From positions 5,270,001 to 5,334,000 of the forward strand of contig CM007990.1 in assembly GCA_002189035.1 (NCBI GenBank): DNA of 64,000 nucleotides, written 5' to 3'. Within the stretch, counting starts at the first letter, position 1; every line of letters begins with the position of its first letter. Origin of the DNA: Utricularia gibba. Taxonomy: Eukaryota; Plantae; Magnoliophyta. The translations under genes were made by a program, and so were the position numbers. Shown one piece after another: positions 1 to 15,345 of the stretch. Below the pieces are notes generated by a model. That model searched no databases. It was not told the origin of the DNA and saw nothing but the letters and a program-made list of their open reading frames with translations.

Positions 1-150
1 TGAAGGCCTACTGAAAATTCAAAGTACAACCTGGTTTAATAGAATCAGTAGTAGCTTTTGAAAAAAAGGGAATTCAAGCTGTTGAAGTATGTTTCGCAAG
101 AACGATCCAATTGGAGTAATGGAATTGGGAGTAGGTTATTCTGGAAAACT

Positions 151-760
151 CTATGCATGATCATCGGAAGTGAAACCTTTTTTAAAGAAGTTATTTCGCT
201 GCTCACAGCAGTCGATCTCGTTCTTAGACATGTTCCAGAGCAATGCTTTTTTGTTTTTCTGTAGGGTGGGAACTCTATCAATTGATAAGTCTGAAAGGTT
301 ATACGTGATGGGAGGATTAGAGTATCCAAAAGATGGATGATCATCTATTCCTCTATAAGGTTGGAGGACAAGAACAACACAAAACCGTGGTGGCTGCCCT
401 CCGGAAGAAAAAGCAGCATATTTTAAAAAGTCGACCGGAGCTGAGAAGGAGGACGGAGATGCCACCTGCGTGAGGGTTTACAGAAGCTCAAAATCGTGCA
501 AGAAATCAACGATCTTTGATGTAACCTACCCAGTGTACAAAGTACCTTGCTGGATTCCAACCATCCATAATCATTTTTTATTTGCTTCTGTTTGACACTT
601 CCCAAGAAGGCGTGGAGGTTAAAAGGCGAGGTGAATTAAGACAAAAGGTACAAGTACAGCGCTGGAGCATAAGGGGAGCATGTGGAGACGCGGGGAGTGT
701 CGGTGTCGGGGACCCCGTCGACTCCCACCACTTACCATTCTCTTTCACTCGTACACCCAT
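151..760 (-). other. Unidentified spliced-looking segment, possibly a gene or a gene remnant
   Basis: An 80-nt GT..AG intron (545-466, AAG|gtactt...cacgcag|) leads into an open frame 465-151. A further strong donor (G|gtaagt) follows gccATGG at about 760. No protein family was recognised. Confidence 0.2.
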
Positions 761-1336
761 GGCTGCGCGAGTTTAAAGCAGAGTCCTTGTCCCCATGACA
801 AGTCATACATCACCATTCATTCTTCGCTGCCCTATCTTCACCATACTTTCTTACATTAGCTATTACAGAAAGTTTACAAAAGAATGCCAACATACAATCT
901 CAGAATCCAAAATCATATTAAGAACTCAGCATCGCTTCAGTTTTTCCAGATCCTTGTTCAGTTCAGGCCGATCGCTCCGCGCCATAACCAGCAGCTCGCC
1001 CTGCCTGCTGCAGCGTGACGAAGTTTGAAAAGGGTTGTGGTGTGGGCAGATTTCCCGAAATGGTGCAACGCAAATGTCAAACATTTTGAATGGTACATTG
1101 ATTAGAATCGGGAGGCGCCCACAATACCCTTCATGATTACATTATGGAAATTTGACATTTTAGAATACTCGGAGTCTGTGTATTTGTTCAAAACCTTGAG
1201 TACCATCAAACAAACAAACAAAATGAGCGTGATCTCATCTTCCTATTCCGAATTACAACACGTTGAAGTATGATCTCGACGATATTCGAACTACCATTCA
1301 AAAGCATTGATCTTACAATACCAAAATGACCATTTA

Positions 1337-1621
1337 GGGCACGTTTGGTGGGGGTGGTTAGGCTAGTTTTATCAGGTTGGGTTTAATATTATCCTTGTTT
1401 GGTAGAAGTGATTAGTTTAACATCAAGAGTAAATTAAACATCACTTTTTCTGGTTTTATAGGTTTAAATTCAACTCATCCCCCTCATGGGTTTAAAATAA
1501 ACAAGTCGCATTATAAACCCGGATTTAAATAAACACTACTACCAAATACGTTTTTATCTAAACCTGACATAAATTTAAACTTAATTTTAAACCTTAGTAA
1601 TTCTAACTACCAAATGTGCCC
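1337..1621. mobile_element. Tourist-like MITE (PIF/Harbinger superfamily), 285 bp
   Basis: The left end GGGCACGTTTGGTGG and the right end CTACCAAATGTGCC are imperfect terminal inverted repeats. TTA flanks both sides (1334-1336, 1622-1624), matching the 3-bp TSD of this superfamily. The interior is AT-rich and non-coding with internal TIR-like copies (gtttggtag about 1397, ctaccaaat about 1538). Confidence 0.75.
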
Positions 1622-1674
1622 TTAAGGAGTGACAAACACGGACAATAAACCTCAAAACTGTGCATGTACAAAGC

Positions 1675-1874
1675 TGGGCCTGGGAATTAGGCCTTCAATA
1701 TTCTGGACCTGCTGCATACCAGACATGGGCCACCTCAGACCCAATAAGGCCCGTAACGCCCCCATTCCACATGTATACTATATAACCCACGTGAACCAAA
1801 ACACTCACGCCACGGGGCCCTGCAACTACTACAACGTGGGAGCCCGTTGGGCCCAACAGCGTCAACGCGGCCCA
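1675..1874. promoter_or_regulatory. Cluster of site II-like (TGGGCC/GGCCCA) motifs
   Basis: Several TGGGCC, GGCCC and GGGCCCA motifs lie within 200 bp in otherwise AT-rich DNA. Site II motifs are known TCP binding sites. Confidence 0.35.
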
Positions 1875-3074
1875 ATGTCCTAGCATCCGTACGGTTTTCA
1901 CGCCCACCATATCTAACACTACCTTCCAAATTCCAATCTCCATTGAAACAACGACTAAAAAAACAAAAACAATTACAGAACATGACCTGCGCCTCGTGCA
2001 TTAAATTTTGACCTTTTTTATTTAAAGAATAATTACTTACCTTATTTAATTTTTATGTTTTGTGAACCTTATTTTAGAAATTAGTAGCCCAATCCGGTAC
2101 TATAAGGCAAAGAAGATGAGGGGGTGCATAGCGGGTATACTACAAATGGAAATTATTTTGGAAGTGGCATCAGAAAAAAGGCACCAACACATTTATCTAT
2201 TTGATATTAAATATTCGAATAAAACCAATCATCATATCTATGAATTTGGAGAATTAATGCATGGTTCATTCATATGGAAAATATTAAGGTGTATTCTTAA
2301 AAATTTTTAAAATCGATTTTTACTTTTCAAAAATAAAAATAATTTTGTTTTAGAAAACCATGAATTATAAAAGTAATTTTATCAAAAAAAAATTTTGTAA
2401 CTGTAATACAAAAATTATTTTTGAAAAAATAAAAATTAGTTTACTTTTACTTTTTATTTCTAATTTTTTAAAATAATTTTGAAAAGTAAAAAACGATTCT
2501 AAAAATTTTCTAAAACATTGCTTTAGACTTTTTTTTTGTTAGCTTATCGAAAAGGACTTTTAAAAAAATTATAATTTATTATAATGATATTTATTTTTAA
2601 TACATTTATTGAAAAATAAATCAATTATATTTGATAAAAAATTCTTTTTGAATGTGTATACAAAGAAAAGTCGAGTTTAGTATTTTTAATTTTCGTAAAA
2701 AAATGAAAAATTATTCTAAATTCATAATTTCTATTTTTTAATAAAATTCATTTCGAAATATTTTTTTATAAAATAATAAATTGTTTAAAAAAATAAAGTT
2801 ATTTTTCGTTTTCATTCTTCGTTGTGATTCTGGGAATGGATTTTGCGATGAGGATGGTAGGGTTTGAAAAACTGTGTAATTTCTCTTTATCATGATGACG
2901 ATGATGATAAGAGGTATTACAGACTTATTGAGTACCGAATATCCTGGAGAAGCAGGGGTACCGACGGCCGACCGGAAACATTAAAAAGATACTAAACAAA
3001 CACCACAACGATGGGTGTCTTCTTATTGGAAAGCAAAGACAGGCAGTTGAATGCGGCGGAAAGCATCCTTCTCT

Positions 3075-3523
3075 TCAGTTCACGCTGCAGACGAAGAAAG
3101 AAGGAGATCAGAAGAGTGTGGAGGCGGAGGTGAGATTTTTAATATCATAATGTGTTGAGGGGGGTACCTGTTGCAGTCGACAGTGGGGCTCACTGGGTAC
3201 GGGAGAGTCACCCCACACCTACCGGGGAGATCAATGGCGCGCTGTAGATAACCCTGATTTCCATTCGCGTTACTGGCGATGTTCTTCAAACAGTTGCAGA
3301 CGATGCGGCGGTCAGCTGTGGTGACGGCCTGGTTGTTGAGGTTTGCGATACCTTGGCAGCACGGGGGAGTTGGAAACCCGCCGAAGACGATGTATGCTGC
3401 ACATGGGCGCAGGGCGTTGCTCACGTCGTCGCAGGTGATGGCGTCGGCCGAAGGGACGCTGAGGAGGATGGTGGCAGCCACTAAGGCGGCGATCGCGATG
3501 AAAACGCTGGAAGACTTCGCCAT
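3075..3523 (-). CDS. Type-1 non-specific lipid transfer protein (LTP-A1)
   Basis: Signal peptide plus the eight-cysteine motif C-X9-C-X13-CC-X19-CXC-X24-C-X13-C. Exons 3523-3168 and 3084-3075; the 83-nt intron starts 5 nt after the Cys8 codon, which is diagnostic of type 1. Ends ...DCNSVN*. TATA box at about 3563-3570. Confidence 0.95.
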
Positions 3524-4353
3524 TTGAAGGTGCTTGCTTGTAATCTGGTGGACAGGGACTGCTTATATAGAACTGGAAGAAGAGAACGATCCCCTCCTCG
3601 CTTGTACACCGTACCGGTACCTGTAAGTTTTCTGTAGCAGCCAAGTATGTGTTTTTTATTACACGCATCCTACTGACTTTCCGATTCATGATCCATATCG
3701 ACGACGACGACTTCGATATGCGGCTTCCTTCCAAAGCTGGGGAATAGAAAATGCATGAAAATCACATAAAACCAGTTGACGTTCAGGATTCATGCACCGA
3801 ACCTTGATAGGCTTCGTCCTCCGCCAAAGCTACGCCTAATAATCGCTCTAGTCCTGTTTTAATGCCACCAGTACGATATCTTTTTTTTATAAGCATTATT
3901 CCAATAGGCGAGGGTTGCAACTATCACATCACTTAAGACGGATGGATCCGACGGAGTATGACATCCAGAAAGACATTAATGGGAGTCTGTTTGGAGACGA
4001 TGAGCAAATGTTCGCGCAGCGTTCTATTTTCGTTGTAGTGTAATTCTGAAAAATGGAAAACACTTGAAAGAGGAACGGTCTGTTCCAAATACGTAAACGG
4101 GTGACGTTGACATGGAGAATCTCTGAATTTAATGTTTCTTCCAGCATCAGTTTGGGCTTTCCACGCGTTATTTTGCATGGAAATCAGAGCTGGTTCTGTG
4201 AGTGAAGCATTTCGTTACTGATTTAGAACTTCAGATTGAAGTTTTGAGGGGACAAAAGTAGGTTAAAATACTGAAACATAAGATCTGCTGGTACAAAGAA
4301 ATGGAAGAAAACCGTAAAAGCAACGCTACTGCATGAGCTTCAAGGCGACCCCT

Positions 4354-4781
4354 TCAGTGAATGCTGCAACGAGAATTTCGTGAGAAAAGAAAAGAAATAA
4401 AAAGGACATTGAGCTATTTAAGGACAGGTTTCTTTCTTCACCTGGCGCAGTCGATGTTGGGGCTGATGACGTACGGAAGCGTGAGGCCGCACTTCCCTGG
4501 GAGATCAGCCGCATTCCGGAGAATATTCGGGTTGGCGGCGGCGTAGCTGGAGTAGCTTTTCAGACAGTTGCAGATGGTTTGTTTGTCGCCCGCCGTGCCG
4601 GCTCGGCCGTAAATCCCCTGGACGTTCTGGCAGCACTCCCCGCCGGGGACCCGCCGTAGACGATGAAGGTGAAGCATGGGTTCAGGGCGTTGGTGACTTC
4701 TTGGCAACTAACTGCAGCGTCAGCCACCACGAACACAGACAATGCAGCTGCGGCGAGAAAAACCCACGAATATCTCGCCAT
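4354..4781 (-). CDS. Type-1 nsLTP (LTP-A2) with an apparent 1-nt deletion frameshift
   Basis: MARYSWVF...SCQEVTNALNPCFTFIVYGGSPA continues in another frame as ECCQNV...DCA. One extra base in the C4 run at 4638-4641 gives GGSPAGECC. Intron 4441-4364; last exon 4363-4354 (SIH*). Confidence 0.85.
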
Positions 4782-6071
4782 GGAAATGCTCGCAGTGCAG
4801 CGCTTACAGTAGATGCGGAGTCCGCATGTGCCGGCTTTATCTAGAAGCCGGCGAATGGTGGAATCCACTAGTGTGAGTAACTGTAAAAGCGGGAAGATGG
4901 TAGATGGAGCGCCATTGAATGCAGAGTTAGTGCCGCAGCGGCCCCCATCGCGTGCCCCCTTCATCGTTTTGTGCTCCATAAGACACGCTTTAACGCCATC
5001 GCCATGTGCTCACCAGACACTAACCACCATTACAAAATAATTAAATATACCATAAGATGCATTATTGCAAAAATACTCAAATTATTCAAGAATTTAGGCA
5101 CACGTTTATGCACGTGAATAAAAATTAATTAACATGCATAATTACTCTAATTACGTTTTTAAAACTTTTATTCTACCTAATTATTATTACATTAACCAAA
5201 TATTTTAAAAACCTATTTTAATAATTAAGCTTTAAATTATTTTAAAATATGTCTTTTATTTCTGTAAAAACATAGTTCTAGAGAGGCATACATTTTGGTG
5301 GGGGAAAAGACGCATTTGCCACTAGATTAGTGCCCTTCTATTGCGCAATCTCACGTGATGGACTATAGCACGTTTGTTTCAGTTGTATGATTAGGGCAGT
5401 GTAAAATAGGTCATGAGATTGGTTGGTGTAATAAATATTATTTAAAATATATTTTTATAATTTGTATAATTTTTAAATTGAGAAAATCACAGCTAAGTGG
5501 ATACCGATTATAAATTTGACCATCATTTTTTCACTATATTAGAAATTTGACCATGTATACTGTATATTTTTTCATTATATGAGATAGAATGCAAGAGTGA
5601 TCACTCTTCTAAATTATCCGTCAATAGATAGATTTTTTTTCATTTGGGAGTACAAAATTTGATGTCAATAGGTGTCTATGGTTATCCAATTATCGATAAG
5701 GTATTGAATTATTTTCATTTTTGGGTATATTTAATTATTGAAATATCTGATTAGGGGACAGAAATGCACGATTGTTCCTACCAGAAAACCTCCATAATAT
5801 AGAAGCTGGAAGACACAACAATGGAGGTCATTATTGCATCCTATGAAATTATTGCACGAATTTTTGCTCTCAAATTCGATATTTAATTGAATTTTTTGTT
5901 TATGTGATAATTTTTGTTTTTTTTTTCAGATAAATAAGGCACACTTCTCACATAGACAACTGAAAAAAAAATACAGACAAACAGAAATGCTACATGCACA
6001 TTATTCATTGCATTATGAAACTCGATAAAATTTCATGTGCTGTCTGCGACGGATCCAACATCCCACCTTCT

Positions 6072-6508
6072 TCAGTTAATCCTGCAGAATCCGATCCACG
6101 AGTAAGATATCCGTATTGGAGGAGGGAGCATGAAGGGTACTGGTGTGTTTATTACCTGGAGCAATCGATGCTGGGGCTGATCTTGTACGGGATGGAGACG
6201 CCGCAGGATCCAGGGAGATTGACGGCGCGGCTGATTCTCTCGGGGTTCACGTAGTTTTGATACCGAACGTAGAAATCCTTCAGGCAAGAGCACACGGTTC
6301 TCCGGTCGTACGTGGTGGTCACCTGGCCGTAGAGGCCGGTGATGCCGGGGCAGCAGTTCGGACCGAGGGGTGGCCCATTCAGAACGTAGCTGATACATGG
6401 GATCAGGCTGTTTTGCACGTCGTCGCAGGTGACTGCGGCGGCCCTCGGCACCACCGCCATGACGGCGGCGAGTAGGGCGAGGAAAACACACAAAGCACCC
6501 TTGGGCAT
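6072..6508 (-). CDS. Type-1 nsLTP (LTP-A3), Tyr-rich
   Basis: Intact eight-cysteine motif with DRR and PYKIS motifs. Exons 6508-6156 and 6081-6072 (RIN*), 74-nt intron. TATA box at about 6588-6593. Confidence 0.95.
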
Positions 6509-6871
6509 TCCTTAATGCTAAGACAAGGACAAGGGAAGAAGATAGGTGCTTGCTTGTGTTGGAGTGAAGGGTGATTTGATAGTAGATTATATAAGGGGAA
6601 ATTGAGGTTAGTGGGGTAATTTTACAGTTGGGAGTTGGGTGCATCTCCTTGAATGCCTTTATTGATTGGCCCCTAACATCTTGTTCCAATTGGGGCCTCC
6701 AATTAAATTTGGTTAGAATCCACATTTCACCTCTCTTCCAAAACAATCTTGAAATTAATTATTCGATATATCGAACGATTACATATAAAAATCAAGTATA
6801 TAATAAACACAATTCATATTATAAAAAATTAAAACAGATAAATTGATGTAATTTTATAGTATAAATTCAAT

Positions 6872-7014
6872 GCATCTAACTTTTTATTTATTTATTATTT
6901 TTTTAACTAGATTTCAAATTAATATAAAATTCATCTTGGTTGTTCTTCCAACGCATCTATTTTTTTTATTTTTTTTAACTAGATCTCAAATTAATATAAA
7001 ATTCATCTTGGTTG
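6872..7014. repeat. Direct tandem duplication of about 65-70 bp
   Basis: gcatcta...ttttaactagat(t/c)tcaaattaatataaaattcatcttggttg occurs at 6872-6942 and again at 6953-7014. Confidence 0.85.
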
Positions 7015-7484
7015 CTCAAATACAAATTAATTGATACCATATTGAAATTACGAATATTATTAGTAGAACAATCACACGAAAAACTATATATAAACAAAAA
7101 ACACAAATCACATTACTATGATTAATCATCATCAACATTAATAATTTATATTTTTTTTACATAATTAGCCATTTCATTTCCAAATACAACTAGAATGTCA
7201 TGGAGATTATCGTAATTTCAATGTTGTATTGTAGTTGGGACTTGGGTTCACTTAGTTGCCTCCAAAGACGAGTAAAATGTGTTAAAAAAAGGAATTAACT
7301 TTAGGGAAAACAGAGGCACACATGGGGGTATATAGATAATACTGAACACGATACAAAGGGCTACGTCCAAAAGCCGTGGGGTCGAGAAAAGACCCATCAT
7401 TATTCTAACGCTGCTACGACAAAGTTACTAGCATTACTGTAACCCCCATCGTCCATGCGCGCGCTCCTTCGGACCGTTTCTTCT

Positions 7485-7925
7485 TCAGACAACCCTGCAA
7501 GGACGGCACATGGGTGAGTACTCTCTTTACCTGCATATAAGAATCAGGGCTTGTTAACGTTCCGAACCTGGTGCAGTCGATGCTCGGGGAGATGGTGTAG
7601 GGGATCCTGACGCCGCATGAGCCCGGGAGATTGGTGATACGGTTCATGATGATGGGGGTGACGTACTGAGCGTACTGGGAGTAATAGCCTTTCAGGCAGC
7701 TGCAGACGGTTCTCCGGTCGACCGTACCCGTCGCCTGGCGGTACAGGCCCTGTATTCCGCCGCAGCAGTTGGTCATCAGAGGAGCCTGGCCAATAATGTA
7801 GGTCAAGCATGGGTCAGGGTGCTTCTCACGCTGTCACATGAGACAGCCGCCCCGGCCTTGGGGACGCCCACGACTGCGGCCATGGCCACGATGAGGAGAA
7901 CCCACATGGAGGTGAACTTCGCCAT
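7485..7925 (-). CDS. Type-1 nsLTP (LTP-A4), Tyr-rich, with an apparent 1-nt deletion frameshift
   Basis: MAKFTSMW...VSCDSVRSTLT reads into a stop as written. One extra base in the G3 run at 7811-7813 gives LTPCLTYII...NCC...CSC...DCT. Intron 7567-7495; last exon 7494-7485 (RVV*). Confidence 0.85.
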
Positions 7926-10778
7926 TGCTGATAGCAGTCGATGGGTTGGTTAGCAGTGGAGATGGGTAAGTTATATAGGAGAAAAAAATGGAGGATTTCC
8001 TTCACTTACCGCAATCAAAACACAGCACTCATTGTACCACACAAAATTCTGCAGCATCATTAAATTCGCGTCTATCACTTGTACCCTTTCACCTTTTCTC
8101 ACTTTTACCACTCTGATAAACCGGAGACCCCTTGAAAACTAGGGTTTACAGCAGTAAAAAACAAAGGGTTTACTGTGTTGACTGCGTCATCCCCTTTTTA
8201 CCCTTCAAGTGTGTCCAATTCGGTGTAATTTTACAGTTGGTGGTTGGTGCCGTACCATTGAATGCAGTTATTAATGGCCCCTGTCAGAATCAACGTGGGG
8301 ATGGGCCCTCCAATTGCAACTCTGTTCCTGCCATAAACCACGTTATAATCCGCATCCTCCCCATTAATTCCCACGCATACTTAGTTTGTGTAGGATAGGG
8401 AATAATTCTATTTTAAATAAAAATAATAATTTTACAAAAAATAATAAATCTTGTATGAAATTTTCATCATCCCTATTGGGGTTTTTTTTTCATATTTTTT
8501 AATAATATTTAAATTTCATCCCATTAAAATAAAAATAAAATGTCAAGACGATGGTCTCCTTTTTAAGCATTTTATATATAAAAAAACATGCTAATTAAAT
8601 ATGCGTGTCTTAAATTACCATACAAATCCAACATTTACGGATTCGATTCGAAATCAATAGGAGGCGGTGGCAGTTGGAAGTTGGACAGATTCATACAACA
8701 CTTGAAGACACTACTTATATTCTTGTCCGGATTCCGGTTGATAGAATATACATAATAAATTATAATACATTTTTTAGTTTGTAAATTTAATATTGGAAAT
8801 TTTAATTTATCTAATTATATTAATTTATTTTATATTAATTTTAATTAATTCAGAATAAGAAAATCCTTTTTATTCCAATTTTTGAACTAAACACACTGCA
8901 GTATTTTTAAAAAGTGGTAAAATCAAATAAAAGCCAAAATTAAATGATATTTTTTTCCTCAAAAAATATTGTATATTTTTAGTAAATGTTTTTATTCTCC
9001 ATTGCGTGGATGGGCGGTGATGGCGACGTCCATATTGCCACATTTATGTGCCTGCAGAGGGTAACCTCATGTTTTACGGTCTTCTTTATTTTTTTTACCG
9101 TGATGGGGGGTGAATTTCAAAGCATCATGTGGTCGCATGTGGTCATTATTTACCACGCTGTAAAAAAGACAAATAACGGTCCAATGAGGCACGGACACGC
9201 ATCACAACCGATCATTGATTATTCGAAAATCATTAATTACAGAATTATTTTGCTAAATATAATATTTAATTACGTGTCACAACCGACCATGCAAAATTCT
9301 CAATTTCAATAGACTGTTAAATGTACGACATTTGATGAATCTGCTATTAAAAAAAATTTAAATTTGAAATAGAAAATCTAATAGAGGGAGATGACAATGT
9401 GGGATTTAAATATTCAATATAAGATAAGGAAATTTTATCCTAATTTAATTTTATTTTATTTCAGTATTGTCGATTTTCTGGAACTTTTTTCCCGATTTTT
9501 TCAATTAAATCGATATGTAAATATTTCACTATTAAAACCTTTTTCGATATATAAATTCATGGCCTCCCGCAAGTTGGGCCGCGGGCTTGAACGCAACACG
9601 GTACCAGGCCGGGCCGTGAACTGGACCCCACATTTGGTACGGGGGCCACCCACTAAGGCGGCCGGTACCCACTCCATTAACTAGAAGATGGAGGAGCCGC
9701 CGGTCTGGGCTGGGTTCAGCACAGGTCTAACGCCGCCGGTTCGGTCGAATATTTATATTGTAAAATAATATTAGAATTATTGAAGTTGAAGGGGTTCTTC
9801 CCCTACTGCCAAGGAAGGTACACGGCCATTCTTAATCTATTCAATTCTGACTTTGTGGATGAAATACCGTTTAGCATGCTAGGCGGACCCTCTCTAACCA
9901 CATTTTGCTTATTTTTAATCTATTATTTTACGAGATTCGAGATTCTAAATTGATCCTAATGTTGCTTTGGTAGTTCTTTAAACTTCTAAACCATAGTTGT
10001 GTGAATGATACATGCCGATCGCCAACCTAAATCAAGAAAACTGCATGGTCAATGGTGTTATGTTGTCGAATTCTAGTTTTGGATTTAAGTATTGTATAAT
10101 TGGGTGCTCGTATTATATTCTATTTGGTACAACTTTTCTAAAACTTTGTGTTAGATCTATATCACGTTCAAATCTCGTGATTTTTGGAGTTCGATGATGG
10201 TAAAAACATGAGAGAAATAGGAATGAATATTATGGATAGTATTTACAATAATGTATCATCATAGCGGTATTAAAATCAAAATCAATTAATTTTGATGACA
10301 TGAAAAATTAAATATGTAATTTTATAAATTTGAAGATAAAATATTTATAAAAATATAAATTAAAATACATAATGTAATTTTAAAAGTTGATAATTAAATT
10401 CATAATAACTTGGAATGATGAATCCAAACTCCACCCTTTTTGTAATAAAACGGATTAACTGACACAATTCTTGAATTCCCACAAATGCGGAGTAAGAGAA
10501 TACCAAATAATCTGTTACAAAAAAGTAATAATTGTATTATTTCCGTAGACATGCAATATATTCTAACAAAGGACACTGGGCAATATTTGAATGGCTGGGT
10601 TGTGTTCGTAGGAAGCAGCCGCGCATACAGTTTTTTAGTACTCGTAGAGGTGAATAATAAAATGATGGTAAGACTTTGCCATTTTTTATGCTGTTAATTT
10701 CTATAAAAGGTGTAGGCAGACTGTGACTACGTATCAGGCACAAGCACTCTCTGAGTAGAGAGAACAGCTTCGGTGTAG

Positions 10779-11911
<1,133 letters not shown>

Positions 11912-14141
11912 CCTGCCTTTTGTTTCATTTGACGTTGGGGTTGTATTGTACCCATTTTACGGCGCTGATAATAAACACGTTTTTCTTAAAAAAAAAAATT
12001 ACACTTTTTCTCCTTTTCATATTTTTTATTATATATCTTCCCCAAAGCACGTGTACTGTCACGTGATACAACGGTAATAAGGTTTTATATTCAAAATAAA
12101 CCACATAATTTGGAGTTGAATCCATTTTACATTAAATTGAATTTAAATTATCGAAAAGTATTATGAAAATAAAATTAATATTTTAAATTTTTTAATTTTA
12201 TGCAAAAATTATTGAATTAAACCCATAAAACATGATCTCAGAATGAATTGAATCTAATCCCTAGTTTAATATTATATTTTAAAATACAAAAAAAATTCTT
12301 AAAAACTTTGGAATTAAAAAATGAATACTATCGGGCTTTATCAAAATATTAAAATAATAAGAAGAAATAAAGAGGAAACGTATAAAAATGAAAAACCGGT
12401 TATCGAAAAAGGTGTGAAGAACACATTATTAGAGGACAAAGTTATAGAGTTAAAATAAAATAAATAATACATTTGAAAATGAAATAATGAAGTATATTAA
12501 AAATTATAGATAATTAATAATTGATTGAACATAATCTTTTATAATATGATAATCGTTTTTTGTAAACTTAGATTGATCCATTAACACATAGATCACGTTT
12601 CATAAGGAGACCTTTCTCGAGCCTGTCTTCTCCGCATGCACTAATGGACCGCGCCACCGAACCTGAACGTGATGCCCTTTTCATGAAGCAGCTGTCCGAT
12701 AGGCACAACTATAAGGATGATGTAGAACTGAATACCTAATACTTTCCATCTGGTTCTTCTTCATCCACTGGAACCAGGGCTCGAAGTCAACTTGGGATCC
12801 TGAAAATCTGGCCCGTTCCCAAGCATCGGACTCTGACTCTGATGAAAATACTGCATTTTTCTTCTGGGAAACAGAAAAGAACAAAGCTGGAGATCTCTGT
12901 CTGGAAAAAAAATGCAACAGGACGAAATTGCGGTAAGATTAATGGGCATAGACGTTTCTCCATCCTATTTTTCTCCCTGGAGCACCAAACTTGAGACAAG
13001 GACCAGTTGTCCTTCCCTGCAAATGGATGGAGAATGCCTTCAGTATTAACCGGTGGCATGTGTTACAATTATTAGATCATACAATACCATATCAAAAAAT
13101 CGAAACTAAAATAATCAGGTATATAAAAAATTATATATTATAAATAATTAATTACATTTCATATTTTCAAATATCATCCATATTTATTGTTTACTTAAGT
13201 TGTAATCGTTTGACTCCTCTGATCTTGAATTTTAACAACAACATGAAGATAGATAAAGGGTGGGTTAGGGAGTGGGATACAGCAACACATGAAGGTGAAA
13301 TACCATATTTGAGGTCTGGTTAATTAGGGTTAGGAACGGGAACTAATAGTCATCATCATTCACAAATGCTTAACCCGTAAGCCTGGACGTGATTTTAGAA
13401 AGTTGGCCGGAGTCAAAAGGGGATTCCTAAATGCCGGCAAGAGATTTGAAAACTATGTGAGTGCCCTTTTTCTGTTATTGTCTGCATCGTTACAATCACT
13501 ACGTCAATCCGCATAGTTGTCCGAAACCAGTCCTTTTAGGATTCATTCCCGTGATATGCGCCATGCGATAGTTTTTCATGGCTATGTTTGAAACTCGACT
13601 TCTTCAATAGATTAAACATGAATGATTGGGTATTGTTCTATTTCAACATACAAGTTATGATCTTTGAATTTTTGGTTGATATATTTAAAAATAATTAATT
13701 TTATATAAGATTTTTTTAAAACGTAAAATTGTATAAGGGGGTGTGCGTCGTGACTAAGACAACATCATTAAAAAAATAATATGTTATTGATCAGATTTGA
13801 CCGATTCAATTTGATTCAAAACTCATCCGATTCGATGTTAGAATCGAATTTTAAAACACCGTATAAATGCCTAGTGTTAGATGTTTTATAAAATCTAGTG
13901 AAATAATTTAGACATGCGTCTATCGTATGCTTCATTCCAAGAAAACTGTAAGAAAGTGAAGAAGGAAAAGGTGAGATATTTGAGGAACTTTGAACGAGTC
14001 AAGAGGATAACAGCATGGTGGATTGATTATTCCCGACAACTGAAAGCCAGTGAAGGTGTTTTGATTTCCTACGTTTTGAAGAAATGATTTGATGTGAGTT
14101 GTGTATTGACCTTTCAAAGAGGAATTCGCTCACCATCTTGA

Positions 14142-15345
<1,204 letters not shown>

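Noticed and set aside
2300-2820. Very AT-rich tracts (also 12.1-12.6, 15.6-16.9 and 59.9-60.2 kb) as satellites or origins
   Set aside because: No periodic unit was detected; they look like ordinary plant intergenic DNA.
3279-7810. Antisense and alternate-frame ORFs over the LTP genes (for example 6072-6746, 6143-6475, 3312-3734)
   Set aside because: They are shadows of GC-rich coding sequence with no family motifs.
9560-9750. GC-rich GGCC/CCGG block as a transposon
   Set aside because: No convincing TIR or TSD was found, so it is left unassigned.
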